Shown here piece by piece: positions 1-13,130 of a DNA stretch of 64,000 nucleotides (positions within the stretch are counted from its first letter, which is position 1; each line of letters starts with the position of its first letter). The notes beneath the pieces are model-generated. The model saw only the letters and a list, made by a program, of their open reading frames with translations, searched no databases and was not told where the DNA came from. Position numbers and translations under genes: made by a program. This stretch comes from an uncultured delta proteobacterium (GTDB lineage Bacteria > Myxococcota_A > Polyangia > Polyangiales > Polyangiaceae), in NCBI GenBank assembly GCA_963716725.1, contig CAVQUB010000008.1, forward strand, positions 288,001-352,000. The letters run 5' to 3'.

Positions 1-745
1 TCTCGGCCGCGAAGTCTCTGGCGAGCAGGTCGATCAGGAGTTGGTCGAAGTCTTCCCCACCCAGGTGGGTGTCGCCGCCGGTGGCCTTGACGTTGAACAC
101 GCCGTCGGAGATTTCCAGAATCGAGACGTCGAAGGTGCCGCCACCGAGGTCGTACACCACGATGCGTTGGGCTTGCTTCTTGTCGAGCCCGTAGGCGAGG
201 GACGCTGCCGTAGGCTCATTGATGATTCGCCGAACGTCGAGGCCAGCGATGCGGCCGGCGTCTTTGGTGGCCTGGCGCTGTGCGTCGTCGAAGTACGCGG
301 GGACGGTGATCACCGCTTCGGTGACCGGCTCCCCGAGGTGCGCCTCGGCGATTTCTTTGATGGTCGAGAGCACCACCGAGGAGATCTCCGGGGGGGACAT
401 GGGCTTGCCCTGGACTTCCGCCCAGGCGTCCCCGTTCGGCGCCCTGACGACTCGGTAGGAGACCCCTTGGGCGTGACGGGTGACGTCCGCGTCGTCGAAC
501 TTCCGCCCCATCAGACGCTTCATGGCGTAGACGGTGTTCTCCGGGTTGGTGGTCGCTTGCCGCTTGGCCACCTGCCCGACCAGGCGCTCCCCGCTGGCGG
601 TCAAGGCCACGACCGACGGCGTCGTCCGCGCACCGTCGGCGTTGGGGATCACCTTGACCTCGGTTGCCCCCGCAGCGTTGGTTCCCTCGAGGACGGCGAC
701 GCACGAGTTGGTCGTCCCGAGGTCGATGCCGATGATCTTGCCCAT
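1..745 (-). CDS. dnaK: Chaperone DnaK/Hsp70, 5' part (runs off the window)
   Basis: Manual translation from ATG at 745 gives [18 protein letters not shown]...[14 protein letters not shown], later [23 protein letters not shown] and [10 protein letters not shown]. Missing from the ORF track because it has no stop in the window. Confidence 0.95.
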   Translation of the reverse strand, partial: MGKIIGIDLGTTNSCVAVLEGTNAAGATEVKVIPNADGARTTPSVVALTASGERLVGQVAKRQATTNPENTVYAMKRLMGRKFDDADVTRHAQGVSYRVVRAPNGDAWAEVQGKPMSPPEISSVVLSTIKEIAEAHLGEPVTEAVITVPAYFDDAQRQATKDAGRIAGLDVRRIINEPTAASLAYGLDKKQAQRIVVYDLGGGTFDVSILEISDGVFNVKATGGDTHLGGEDFDQLLIDLLARDFAAE

Positions 746-793
746 GAGGAACCCGAGCTTACCCCGTCGCGCGTCCCGGGGAATAGCCGCGAA

Positions 794-1393
794 TCAGCCC
801 GGTTCTTCGCCGTTGGCCGCGGGATCGGCGGTAGCGGGCGGTCCTTTCGAGACCACCACCATCGCGGGTCGCAGCAGGCGTTCGCCCTGCCGATAGCCGG
901 CTTGAACCTCGGCGATCACCGTGCCCATGGGCTGATCCGGAGATTCGAGCTGTTGGATCGCCTCGTGGACGGAGGGGTCGAAGTGCACCCCCAGCGACAC
1001 GACGCGCTCGATCCCGAGTTTCCCGAGCGCATCCAAGAACTGGCGCGACACCATGCGAATGCCGTCCGCCAACGCCTGAACATCGGTTGCCGAGTCAGCG
1101 TGCTGCATCGCGCGCTCGAGATTGTCGAACACCGGCAGCAGGTCCTTGAGCAGCTCTTCCCGTCCGCGGATCTCCGCGTCGTTGACCTCGCGACGGCTGC
1201 GCTTGCGGAAATTGTCGAAGTCCGCGGCGGTGCGCAGCAGCTGGTCCTTCAGCTTGACTGCTTCCGCCTTGGCCTCCGCAACGGGATCGGGCGGGGTTTC
1301 CACGGGTTCATCGGCGTCGTCGGCCCGGGCCCCGTCCTCGCCCGCGCCATTGGTCCCCTCGTCGACCTGTTCTTCGGAGTTTTCGTCAACCAC
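794..1393 (-). CDS. grpE: Nucleotide exchange factor GrpE
   Basis: [32 protein letters not shown] and [16 protein letters not shown] motifs; directly upstream of dnaK. Confidence 0.95.
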   Translation of the reverse strand: MVDENSEEQVDEGTNGAGEDGARADDADEPVETPPDPVAEAKAEAVKLKDQLLRTAADFDNFRKRSRREVNDAEIRGREELLKDLLPVFDNLERAMQHADSATDVQALADGIRMVSRQFLDALGKLGIERVVSLGVHFDPSVHEAIQQLESPDQPMGTVIAEVQAGYRQGERLLRPAMVVVSKGPPATADPAANGEEPG

Positions 1394-1431
1394 GACCCAG
1401 TTCTATAGCGAAAAGCGCCAATCTCGCAAAC

Positions 1432-2466
1432 TCATGGGCGTGCCTGCTGGGGCGCCCGAGCGCAGGGAGCTTGTCGGAGCGCGACGAGCACTCCTCCCGA
1501 CGAACGCTGGTCCCGGGCGGAGGGGGGCGGATTCGGCGAAAACCAGGTGTCCACCCTCCGAGGAAGCACCCAAAAGCGCCCCTGTCCAACCAGCGGCTCG
1601 ATCCGCGTGCCCCGGGCCGCGTGGCGTCCATAGCCAGATTCTTCGAGCCAAAAGCAGTGCGAAGGGCTCTGCGGCGCAAAGAGGTGGGTCGACCCGCCTC
1701 GGAGGGTGACGCGGGTCGAGACCACGTTTCCAGCCTGCGTCGTGCTCGTCAGCTCGTGATCACCCCCGGGCATCCGAAGCTCGGCGCCAGCCGTGGGGTT
1801 CTCCGCGCTGCTGGCGTCCAGCGCTGCGATCGTCCGGCCATCGAGCGCGATGGTGAGCCGACCTTCCGTCAGGTTCAACACCCGCACCAACGGGTGATGG
1901 AACATCCACCCGCTGGGAGCGCCGATTAGCGCCACCAACGGGCCGGCCACGAGCCAAACGGCGAAACGGGGTTCCGAGCCCCGGGACGCCTCGATGGCCG
2001 CTCCCGTCTGCGTCGCCAGCGCCTCCGCAAATCTCGGGCTCGTGCAGCAGATTCGGCCCCCCGACAGCCACCACGCGGCGCGCTCAGCCGCGCTGTGCCC
2101 GGGCTTTGGGCGACGCGGAAGCGCGCGGAACGAGAGGGGCAGACAGGCGCAGATCAGCACCGCCGCCAGGTGAGCCGGCAAGCTGAGTGAAGGCCAGGCC
2201 ATGGGCAAAGCCAAGGCCATGGTCGCAGCGACGAGGCACGAGCCGACCGAGGCCGCCAGCCCTCTCGTAGTCGCTGCACTGGCGTGCCGTAGGCACTGCA
2301 CACAATACGGAACCAGGAGCTCCCGGGGGCCGAGCCGCTCGGTGCGGGAGCTCGCTGCCGGAGCGGAGCAGCAGGCGCACGATCCCGGGGTCACGATCGC
2401 GACCGGGTCGAGTCTCAATACGCGTAAGTCGCTCCCGGAAGGCATCCACGAGTTCCGGCCGGCCAC
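1432..2466 (-). CDS. Hypothetical membrane protein with N-terminal CxxC motifs
   Basis: 344-aa ORF with CACC and CVQC, then about three hydrophobic segments and a soluble C-terminal domain. Start codon uncertain. Confidence 0.6.
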   Translation of the reverse strand: MAGRNSWMPSGSDLRVLRLDPVAIVTPGSCACCSAPAASSRTERLGPRELLVPYCVQCLRHASAATTRGLAASVGSCLVAATMALALPMAWPSLSLPAHLAAVLICACLPLSFRALPRRPKPGHSAAERAAWWLSGGRICCTSPRFAEALATQTGAAIEASRGSEPRFAVWLVAGPLVALIGAPSGWMFHHPLVRVLNLTEGRLTIALDGRTIAALDASSAENPTAGAELRMPGGDHELTSTTQAGNVVSTRVTLRGGSTHLFAPQSPSHCFWLEESGYGRHAARGTRIEPLVGQGRFWVLPRRVDTWFSPNPPPSARDQRSSGGVLVALRQAPCARAPQQARP

Positions 2467-2530
2467 TCCTCCGGCGTTCCCTGGTACACTATGAGCCGCG
2501 CCCGACTATAGACCGCGGCAGCCCCATCCG

Positions 2531-4130
2531 ATGAGCGCAGTTTCGACCCCCGGCCGGATCGTGGCCAACAAGTACCGCCTGACCGAGCGCATCGGGGTCG
2601 GGGGCATGAGCGAGGTCTACCGCGCAGAGCAGCTCACGACGGGTCGCATCGTCGCGGTCAAGCTGCTCTTGCCGCACAAACTCGAGGACCCGAATTACGT
2701 CGCGCGCCTGTTTCAAGAGGCGCACTCCGGGATTCGGATGAGTCACCCTGGGATCGTCAACGTGCACGACGCTGGGCAGTCGGAATTTGGCCCCTACCTG
2801 GTCATGGACTTCCTCCTGGGTGAGAGCGCAGGACGACGGCTCTTCGACCACGGAAAGTACGCGCGGGCGGCGGCCATCGCTACGATTGCGGCGGTCCTCG
2901 ACGCGCTGCAGTCTGCACACGACACCGGGGTGGTTCACCGCGACATCAAGCCCGGCAACATCTTCTATTCGATCGAGGGGCCGCGGGACGTCCGAGTCAA
3001 GTTGCTCGACTTTGGCGTGGCCAAGGTGCTGTGGGCCGGCGCCGCCTCGGCACGCACCAACACCGGCGTCGTGATGGGGACCCCGGACTACCTCTCACCC
3101 GAGCAAGCGAGCGGCGAGCTTCACATCGACGGGCGCAGCGACGTGTTCGGCGCCGGCGTGGTGCTCTTCGAGTTCCTCACCGCGTCTCGTCCGTTCCACG
3201 CTCCCACGGCCGTGGCCACGGCCTACAAGGTCGCCCACTCACGCACGCCACTGCTCGTCGAGCGAGGGGGTCCCGCCGACCCCGCGCTGCAGGCGATCGT
3301 CAATCGCGCCCTGGCCAAGCGCCCGGAGGAGCGCTACCAAAGCGCCCGGGAGTTTGCCCGTGATCTCGAAGCGCTCGAGCCGGACCGCGCAGCGGTCAGT
3401 CAAGCGTTGCTCGAGCTGGTGAAGCCCGAGCGCTTCCTCGGGCGCAAGCGCGATAGGAGCGGCGAGCGGCCCGCCTCCCAGCCTGAGCCCTTCGTCCAGC
3501 CGACGCCGCCTTTTCCGGTCGGGTGGACCCCGCCGGCGGCCCTCGCCCGGGGCATCGAGCCGGCGCCGAGCGGCGCGAGGCAGGTCCGTGGCCTCGCGCT
3601 TCGGTCCGTCGATCAATACGTGCGCCAGGTCTTCGGCGACGAGGCCCGGCGGCGCGCCCTCGCGACCCTGCCCAGCGAAGTGGCGAAGGAGCTCGAATAC
3701 GACTCGATGCAGGCCATCGTGCTCTACGACGTCGAGGCGCTGAACCAGTACTGCCGGTCGGTGACACGTGAGGCAGCCATGGGAAGCGTCGGTTGGGCCC
3801 GCAGCGCCGGCGCTCACGCAGTCAGCGGCGACGTCGGCGCAGTTTTGAAGAACGCGCTCCGGTCCACGGACATCCCGCAGGTGCTTCGTCGCGTCCACCC
3901 CCTGCTGTCGCGCCTGTTCTCGTTTGGATCTTGGTCCCTCGAGGAAGGTGAGAATCGCTGCACGTTGCGCATCACCGACGCGGAGCCGCTCGCCGCGGAG
4001 CCACGGCTTTGGCTGGCCGGGGTGATCGACGGGGCGCTGTCAGTAGCCGGGGCCCGTGCTCGCGCGACGATCTCGCGGGGCGACGCCGCGCACTCAGCAC
4101 ACTGCGTCGATCGACGTCACGGCGTCGTGA
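2531..4130 (+). CDS. Hanks-type Ser/Thr kinase with C-terminal DUF2378/V4R-like domain (stop masked by a probable +1 error near 4108)
   Basis: GVGGMSEV, VAVK, HRDIKPGN, DFG and GTPDYLSPEQ motifs. Removing one base at 4108-4109 gives ...HCVIDVTAS* with TGA at 4128-4130. Confidence 0.85.
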
Positions 4131-4171
4131 GCGCTGGTCCCGCTGGGCCGGTCGCGGTAGATCCGGGGCCG

Positions 4172-6439
<2,268 letters not shown>

Positions 6440-6529
6440 GCCTCGAGACGCTCGAGGGTGCGCGTCTTTGGCGAGCGGCGAGCTCGTCCATCAGCTTGGT
6501 GGTGTGCGGACAGCGTGGGCGTGCCGCTG

Positions 6530-6799
6530 TTACCTGCCATCGAGCTTTTCGACCCGATCCTCGAGCGTCGTGACACGGCCACTCACTCTGTCGAAGCCGC
6601 GCAGCATCTGCTCGGCAAACCACCCCATGCGCTCCTCGGTTCGCTTCTGCGCTTCCGCCAGGGCTCGCATCTCGACGGCCAGCTCTCGCACGGCCGCGTT
6701 GGTTTGTTGCAGTCCCTCGGACAGTCCGACCTGCCCCTCGGCCAGGCGAACCATGGCGTTCTCGAGAGTGTCGAACCGTTGCTTGGTTTCGGGATCCAT
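6530..6799 (-). CDS. Small coiled-coil protein
   Basis: MDPETKQRFDTLENAMVRLAEGQ...LAEAQKRTEERM shows a heptad pattern; TAAGCT lies 7 nt before the ATG. Confidence 0.65.
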   Translation of the reverse strand: MDPETKQRFDTLENAMVRLAEGQVGLSEGLQQTNAAVRELAVEMRALAEAQKRTEERMGWFAEQMLRGFDRVSGRVTTLEDRVEKLDGR

Positions 6800-6909
6800 C
6801 ACTCGAAGCTTAGCCGGGACGTCGCTCGCCGGCACGCGAGGCCTGGAGACTACAAGTACGGCGCCGAATTCGACCGCGTTGCCCGCGGCGCCAGGGCGAG
6901 AGTCTCGAG

Positions 6910-6994
6910 CCGAGTCCGTCCACATTTGCCCGGGCGATCGGGTCCGTCACAAGCAGTTCGGGCGTCGCGTGGTCGAGCGCCTCGCAAACGATGG
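6910..6994 (+). repeat. Degenerate direct copy of the pcrA 3' region (6279-6363)
   Basis: 85-bp ungapped alignment with 7 mismatches by manual count; offset 631 bp. Confidence 0.9.
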
Positions 6995-7024
6995 GGCTCG
7001 GGTGAGGGCGCGCTTCTGCGACGA

Positions 7025-7513
7025 TCACTGCATGCAGGACTCGACGCAGCTCGCAAAGCTCGCGCATTGCGGCTTGCCGTATAGTGAGCAGTTCTGCTTC
7101 ACCTCGATCAGAACGGAGCCCGCAATCGGCTTCTTGATGATGCAGTCGGCACACGACGCCTCGATGTCTTTGTCGGCGCACATGTTCGGGCAGTACGCGG
7201 TGCAGGACGTGTTGCTGCAGACGAAGTCTTTCAGTTTCGTGATGAACGCCAGGTAGCCGTCGTTGTCGTTGGTTCGGCAGCAGTTCACGCAGGCGAACTG
7301 AACCTTCTGCATGCACGCTCCGCCGCCGTCCATGCTGCCGCCGCCGGAGCCGCCGCCGCTCTGACCACCGGCCCCACCGCCGCCCTGGCCGCCGGAACCA
7401 CCGACGCCGCCGGTCGAAGCGCCCCCGCTGCCTTCATTCACGCTGGACGAGGAGCAGCTCAGGGTACTCGCGAGGGCAGCTGCCGCGATGCTCGCAGATC
7501 GCATCCATCTCAT
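7025..7513 (-). CDS. Cys-rich lipoprotein with Gly/Ser linker
   Basis: Signal peptide ending TLSC, Gly-rich linker, C-terminal domain with about 14 Cys. Confidence 0.75.
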   Translation of the reverse strand: MRWMRSASIAAAALASTLSCSSSSVNEGSGGASTGGVGGSGGQGGGGAGGQSGGGSGGGSMDGGGACMQKVQFACVNCCRTNDNDGYLAFITKLKDFVCSNTSCTAYCPNMCADKDIEASCADCIIKKPIAGSVLIEVKQNCSLYGKPQCASFASCVESCMQ

Positions 7514-7559
7514 CAGCCCAGCATAGCCGAGCGCGGGCGACCTCGCGCAAGCAATCGAC

Positions 7560-8283
7560 TCAAGCGTGCACGTCTTCGCCGAGGTACGCCGCTCGGATGC
7601 GCGGGTCCTGCTTGAGTTCTTTGCAGGTGCCGGAGAGCACGATCTCTCCGGTCACCAGCACGTAGGCGCGGTTCGCGGTCTCGAGCGCGAGGCGCGTGTT
7701 CTGCTCGACCAGCAAGATGGTGATGCCGCTGGCGGCGATCTCCGCGATGGCCGCGAACACCTCCTGCACGATCTTGGGTGCCAAGCCGAGGCTCGGCTCG
7801 TCCAAGAGCAAGAGCTTGGGCTCGGCCATGATCGCCCGGGCGATGGCCAGCATCTGCTGTTCGCCTCCGCTGAGGGTGCCGCCCTCTTGGCCGAGGCGCT
7901 CGCCCAGACGGGGGAAGAGCTGCACGCAACGCGCGAGGGCGCGCTTCTGGTGCGCGGGGTCGCGGCGCAAGAAGCCACCGAGTTGCAGGTTCTCGCGCAC
8001 GGTCAGGTTGCCGAAGATGGCCCGCCCCTCGGGCACGAGCGCCACTCCCTCTGCCACGATCCGGTGCGTTGGCTTGCCCTTGATGTCGCTGCCGAAGATC
8101 TTCACGCTGCCCGTCTTGAGCGGCACGAGCCCGACGATGCTCTTGAGCGTGCTGGTCTTGCCGGCGCCGTTGGCGCCGATCAGCGTGACGATCTCGCCCT
8201 GATCCACCTTCAGCGAGATGCCCTTGACCGCCGCGATGCCGCCGTAGCTGACCCGTGCGTCTTCGAGCTCGAGCGCCGTCGAA

Positions 8284-8291
<8 letters not shown>
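7560..8291 (-). CDS. livF: Branched-chain amino acid ABC transporter ATPase
   Basis: GANGAGKT, LSGGEQQMLAIARA, LLDEPSLGLAP; GTG start overlaps the livG stop. Confidence 0.92.
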
Positions 8292-9119
<828 letters not shown>

Positions 9120-9123
<4 letters not shown>

Positions 9124-10190
9124 TTCGCGCCGGCTTTCTTGGTGAACATCGAGAGCGAAAGCTCGCGGGTCCCGAGCAGACCCTGCGGGCGAACGATCAT
9201 GATCACGACCAACAAGAGCGCGTAGAGGACCAGCCGGTACTCCTGCAAATCGCGCATCAGCTCCAGGCTCACGGCCAAGAAGATGCCGCCGATGACGGCG
9301 CCGGAAATCGAGCCCAAGCCCCCGATGATGATCATCACGATCATGTCGATGGACTTCTCGAACTTGAAGTCCTCGGGGCGGATCCCGCTCTGCATGTGAG
9401 CGAACAGGCCGCCGGCGATGCCAGCGGTGGCGGCGCTGATGGTGAACGCCGTGACCTTGAGCCGGGTGGTCGGCGTGGCCATGGCCTCGGCGGCGATCTC
9501 GTCCTCGCGGATGGCGATCAGCGAGCGCCCGCTCTGCGAGAAGGTGATGTTGCGCACGATCACGATCACGATCACGACCCAGACGTAGACCCAGAAGAAG
9601 CTGGTATAAGTTGGCAGCCCCGCGGGGTTGTCGCCAAAGTACCCGGTCGCAGAGCCGAGGGCCTTGGTGTTGTTGAACACCAAACGGATGATCTCACCGA
9701 AGCCGAGGGTCACGATGGCGAGGTAGTCACCCTTCAAGCGCAGGCTCGGTACGCCCACGACGAGGCCGGCGGCTCCGGCTAACGCCGCGCCGATCAACAG
9801 CGCGACGTTGAAGACCACGCCCTCAGCGATGGCGCCGGTGCCGAGCGCCGCGGTCACCGTCGGCGCGAGCTGCACTCCGAAGTACGCCGTCGCGTAGGCG
9901 CCCACCGCCATGAAGCCAGCGTGGCCAATCGAGAACTGGCCGGTGGTGCCGTTGATCAGGTTCAGGCCGACGGCCAGGATGATGTTGATGCCGCAGAGCA
10001 GCACGATGCGCTGCACGTATTCGATGAGTCCGGCCTGAACACCCAGGCCGATGCCCCAGATGCCAGCGACGATCGCGGTCGAGACGGCGACGCGGATCAG
10101 CCAGTGCTTCATGCCGAGCACCCCTCCGGGTGTACCCCTCCGGGTACTTTCCAGGATCGTCACGACGCGCGTCCTCTCGGGCGGGGCCAT
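9120..10190 (-). CDS. livM: Branched-chain amino acid ABC permease
   Basis: GQFSIGHAGFMAVGAY, LRLKGDYLAIVTLGFGEI, AIREDEIAAE. Start is at 10190 (TGATG overlap) or 10112. Confidence 0.9.
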
Positions 10191-11107
10191 CACACCTTCT
10201 CCTGACGCACTACGCCGAGGATGCCTTCCGGGCGCAGGATCAAGACCACGATCAAGATCACGAAGGTGATCGCGTCCCGGTAGTCCGGGCTCAGATAGCC
10301 AGCGACCAACTGCTCGGCCAGACCGATCAGGAGCCCGCCGAGCACCGCGCCCGGCACGTTGCCGATGCCGCCGAGCACCGCGGCGACGAAGGCCTTGAGC
10401 CCGGTGAGCGTGCCCATCAGCGGGTTGATGGTGATCTGATCGAGACCGAAGAGAATGCCGCCCGCGGCGGCCAAACCCGAGCCGATGGCGAAGGTGGCGC
10501 TGATGGTGCGATTGGTGTCGATGCCCATCAACTTGGCGGCGTCCAGGTTGACGCTCACGGCGCGCATGGCCCGCCCCGTCCAGGTGCGCTGCACCAGGTA
10601 CCAGAGCCCCACCATCAGCACGATGGTGACGATGAAGATCGTGAGCTTGATGTTGGTGACGATCACGCCGCCGAGCTCAAAGCGTACTTCCTTGATGATG
10701 GGCGGGTAGCGCCGCGGATTGGGCGTGAAGATCAGCATGCCCAGGTTCTGCAAGAGCAGGCTCACGCCAATGGCGGTGATCAGCGGAGTCAGGCGCGGCG
10801 CAGTGCGCACCGGGCGGTAGGCGAGGCGCTCGATGGTCACGCCGAGCAGCGCGGAGACCGACATGGCGGCGACCAACACCGCCACGGCCAGGTAGATCGG
10901 GAAGGCCACGCCCCGCTGCTCCATGCTCTCGATGCCCAGAGCGCCGGCGCTGTAAAACCCGGTGTATGCGCCCACCATGAAGACCTCGCTGTGCGCGAAG
11001 TTGATCAGCTTCAAGATGCCATAGACCATCGTGTAGCCCAGAGCGATCAGGGCGTAGATGGACCCGAGCGAGAGGCCGTTGATGATCTGCTGGAAGAACT
11101 GACTCAC
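10190..11107 (-). CDS. livH: Branched-chain amino acid ABC permease
   Basis: GSIYALIALGYTMVYGILKLINFAH and KAFVAAVLGGIG. Confidence 0.92.
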   Translation of the reverse strand: MSQFFQQIINGLSLGSIYALIALGYTMVYGILKLINFAHSEVFMVGAYTGFYSAGALGIESMEQRGVAFPIYLAVAVLVAAMSVSALLGVTIERLAYRPVRTAPRLTPLITAIGVSLLLQNLGMLIFTPNPRRYPPIIKEVRFELGGVIVTNIKLTIFIVTIVLMVGLWYLVQRTWTGRAMRAVSVNLDAAKLMGIDTNRTISATFAIGSGLAAAGGILFGLDQITINPLMGTLTGLKAFVAAVLGGIGNVPGAVLGGLLIGLAEQLVAGYLSPDYRDAITFVILIVVLILRPEGILGVVRQEKV

Positions 11108-12273
11108 GGCTGGACGGTCGCGGCGAACTTGGCCTTCCCGCCCTCGATCTTCAGCACGACGGCGCTCTTCTGAGCGTTGCGCTGCGGGTCGATGGTGATG
11201 GAGCCCGTGACGCCCTCGAAGTTCTTGGTGTCGGCGATGGCGGCGCGGACCGCGTCGGTGTCGGTCTTGCCGGCGCGCTTGATGGCGTCCACGAGCACCG
11301 CCGCGGCGTCGTAGCCGAGGGCGCCGAGGCCGGTGGGTTCCATCCCGTACTTGGTCTTGAAATCGGCCACGAACTTCTGCGCCTTGGGCGTGGCCGCATC
11401 GGGCGCGAAGTGGTTGGAGAAGTACGAGCCGTTGATGGCGTCGCCGCCGATCTTGAACAGATCCGGCGCGTCCCAGCCGTCGCCCCCGAGCAGGGGCAGC
11501 TTCACGCCCAGGCGCTCGGCCGTCCGCGCGATGGAGCCCACCTCGGCGTAGTAACCCGGCACGAAGATGGCCTGGGCATCGGTGTTCTTGATCGCGGTGA
11601 CCTGCGCCGAGAAGTCGGTGTCGCCCTGGCCGTAGGACTGCTCGACGATGATCTTGCCGCCGATCTTCTCGAAGGACTCCTTGAAGGCGTCCGCGAGCCC
11701 GATCGAGTAGTCGTTCTTGATGTCCTTCAAGATGGCGACCTTCTCGACCTTCAGGGTGTCCTTGGCGAACTTCGCCATGGCTTTGCCCTGGAAGGGATCC
11801 AAGAAGCAGACGCGGAAGATGTAATCGCCGACCTCGGTGACCTTGGGGTTCGTCGATGAGGGCGAGACCATGGGGATCTTGCGCCGCTGCGCCACGCGAC
11901 CGCCGGCGAGCGAGAGGCTCGACGCCACTTCACCCAGGATGGCGGTGCTCTTCTCGACGTCGATCAGACGCGTGACGGCGTTGGCGGCTTCTGCCGAGTC
12001 GCCTCGGGTGTCGAGGGTCACGACTTTGATCTTCTTGCCCAAGACCCCGCCCGCCGCGTTCGCCTCGTCCACCGCCATTCGGATCGCTTTGTCGGTGTCC
12101 TGACCGAAGTGAGCGGTGCTGCCCGTCATCGAGGCGTAGTGCCCGAGCACGATCTCGGTCTGGCCTGCGCTCGAGCCCGATCCCGATCCGGAAGAACCGC
12201 CTTTGCACCCGGTGACCCCGAACAGCGCGACGGACGTTGCGGCGATGAACAGACTTCGGCGATCGAGACGCAT
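11104..12273 (-). CDS. livK: Branched-chain amino acid ABC substrate-binding lipoprotein (LivJ/LivK family)
   Basis: GGAGGG RBS before the ATG at 12273; lipobox VTGC; periplasmic binding-protein motifs FRVCFLDPFQG and GDTDFSAQ. Confidence 0.9.
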   Translation of the reverse strand: MRLDRRSLFIAATSVALFGVTGCKGGSSGSGSGSSAGQTEIVLGHYASMTGSTAHFGQDTDKAIRMAVDEANAAGGVLGKKIKVVTLDTRGDSAEAANAVTRLIDVEKSTAILGEVASSLSLAGGRVAQRRKIPMVSPSSTNPKVTEVGDYIFRVCFLDPFQGKAMAKFAKDTLKVEKVAILKDIKNDYSIGLADAFKESFEKIGGKIIVEQSYGQGDTDFSAQVTAIKNTDAQAIFVPGYYAEVGSIARTAERLGVKLPLLGGDGWDAPDLFKIGGDAINGSYFSNHFAPDAATPKAQKFVADFKTKYGMEPTGLGALGYDAAAVLVDAIKRAGKTDTDAVRAAIADTKNFEGVTGSITIDPQRNAQKSAVVLKIEGGKAKFAATVQP

Positions 12274-12473
12274 GGATCCCTCCAAATCGGCGGGCACGGC
12301 CCGCGAAGCGCGCGACGCTACCACAGGCCGCCGAGAACATGAGCCCGTGGTTGGGCGCCAGGGCTGTTCGACGCGCCCGTCCCGGGCCGAGTCGCCCCAG
12401 CCGCCGGTCCGGGGCCCTACCGGACGCCGCAACGCGCTCGCCGCAGCAACCCCGCCCTCCGGAGACCATTCTC

Positions 12474-13094
12474 TCAGGCCTTTCTGCAGACCACGTTGAT
12501 GAACGGGAGAGACCCGCCGCCACCCAAAGACTCATCTATCTCGGTAGATTCGACCAGCCCGTAGGGGCCGAACTCCCGCTCCACCGACTCGGCGTCGTAG
12601 AAATACATCGTCAGGTTGGGCAGGCGCTCGTACCAGTCGTCTCCGAGCCGGGTTCCTTGGCCGTACATCGGTGCTCGCTTGGAGAGGGCCGCGAAGATCA
12701 TGTGCCCACCGGGCGTGAGCTGGCGATGGCAGTCTCGAATGAGCTTCTCGCGTCCGTCGGCATCCAAGAGGTGGATGAGCCCGTAGCAGAAGATGCCGTC
12801 GTACTGCCGACGGTCGAAGGGCATGTTGGTTACCGAGCCGTGATGGATGGGGATCTGGAGTCCGACCTGGGTTCGAGCCAGAGCGATTGCCGTTTCGGAG
12901 ATCTCGATCCCGGAGACCGACATCCCGTGCTCGATGAACGGCTTCGCGTTCCTGCCGTAGCCAATACCCGGTATCAGCACATGCTTGACTCCCATTCGAG
13001 CGAAGTAGTCGCACGCAAAACCGGCGGAAGCGGTCGGCTCCAGGCCCCATAACAGCTGGTTCTCACGGAAGGTGGCCTCCCAGAGCTCGGTCAT
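12474..13094 (-). CDS. Class I SAM-dependent methyltransferase
   Basis: VLIPGIGYGRN motif I, GIEISETAI, YDGIFC, LTPGG. Confidence 0.85.
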   Translation of the reverse strand: MTELWEATFRENQLLWGLEPTASAGFACDYFARMGVKHVLIPGIGYGRNAKPFIEHGMSVSGIEISETAIALARTQVGLQIPIHHGSVTNMPFDRRQYDGIFCYGLIHLLDADGREKLIRDCHRQLTPGGHMIFAALSKRAPMYGQGTRLGDDWYERLPNLTMYFYDAESVEREFGPYGLVESTEIDESLGGGGSLPFINVVCRKA

Positions 13095-13130
13095 GATGGT
13101 CTCGGCTCGAGCCTGGCCAAACCAGAGCGC

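Noticed and set aside
41..1408. 455-aa plus-strand ORF and similar long antisense ORFs (for example 30836-32935, 52400-54148)
   Set aside because: Shadow frames of dnaK/grpE, the RND permease and selO, as expected in high-GC DNA.
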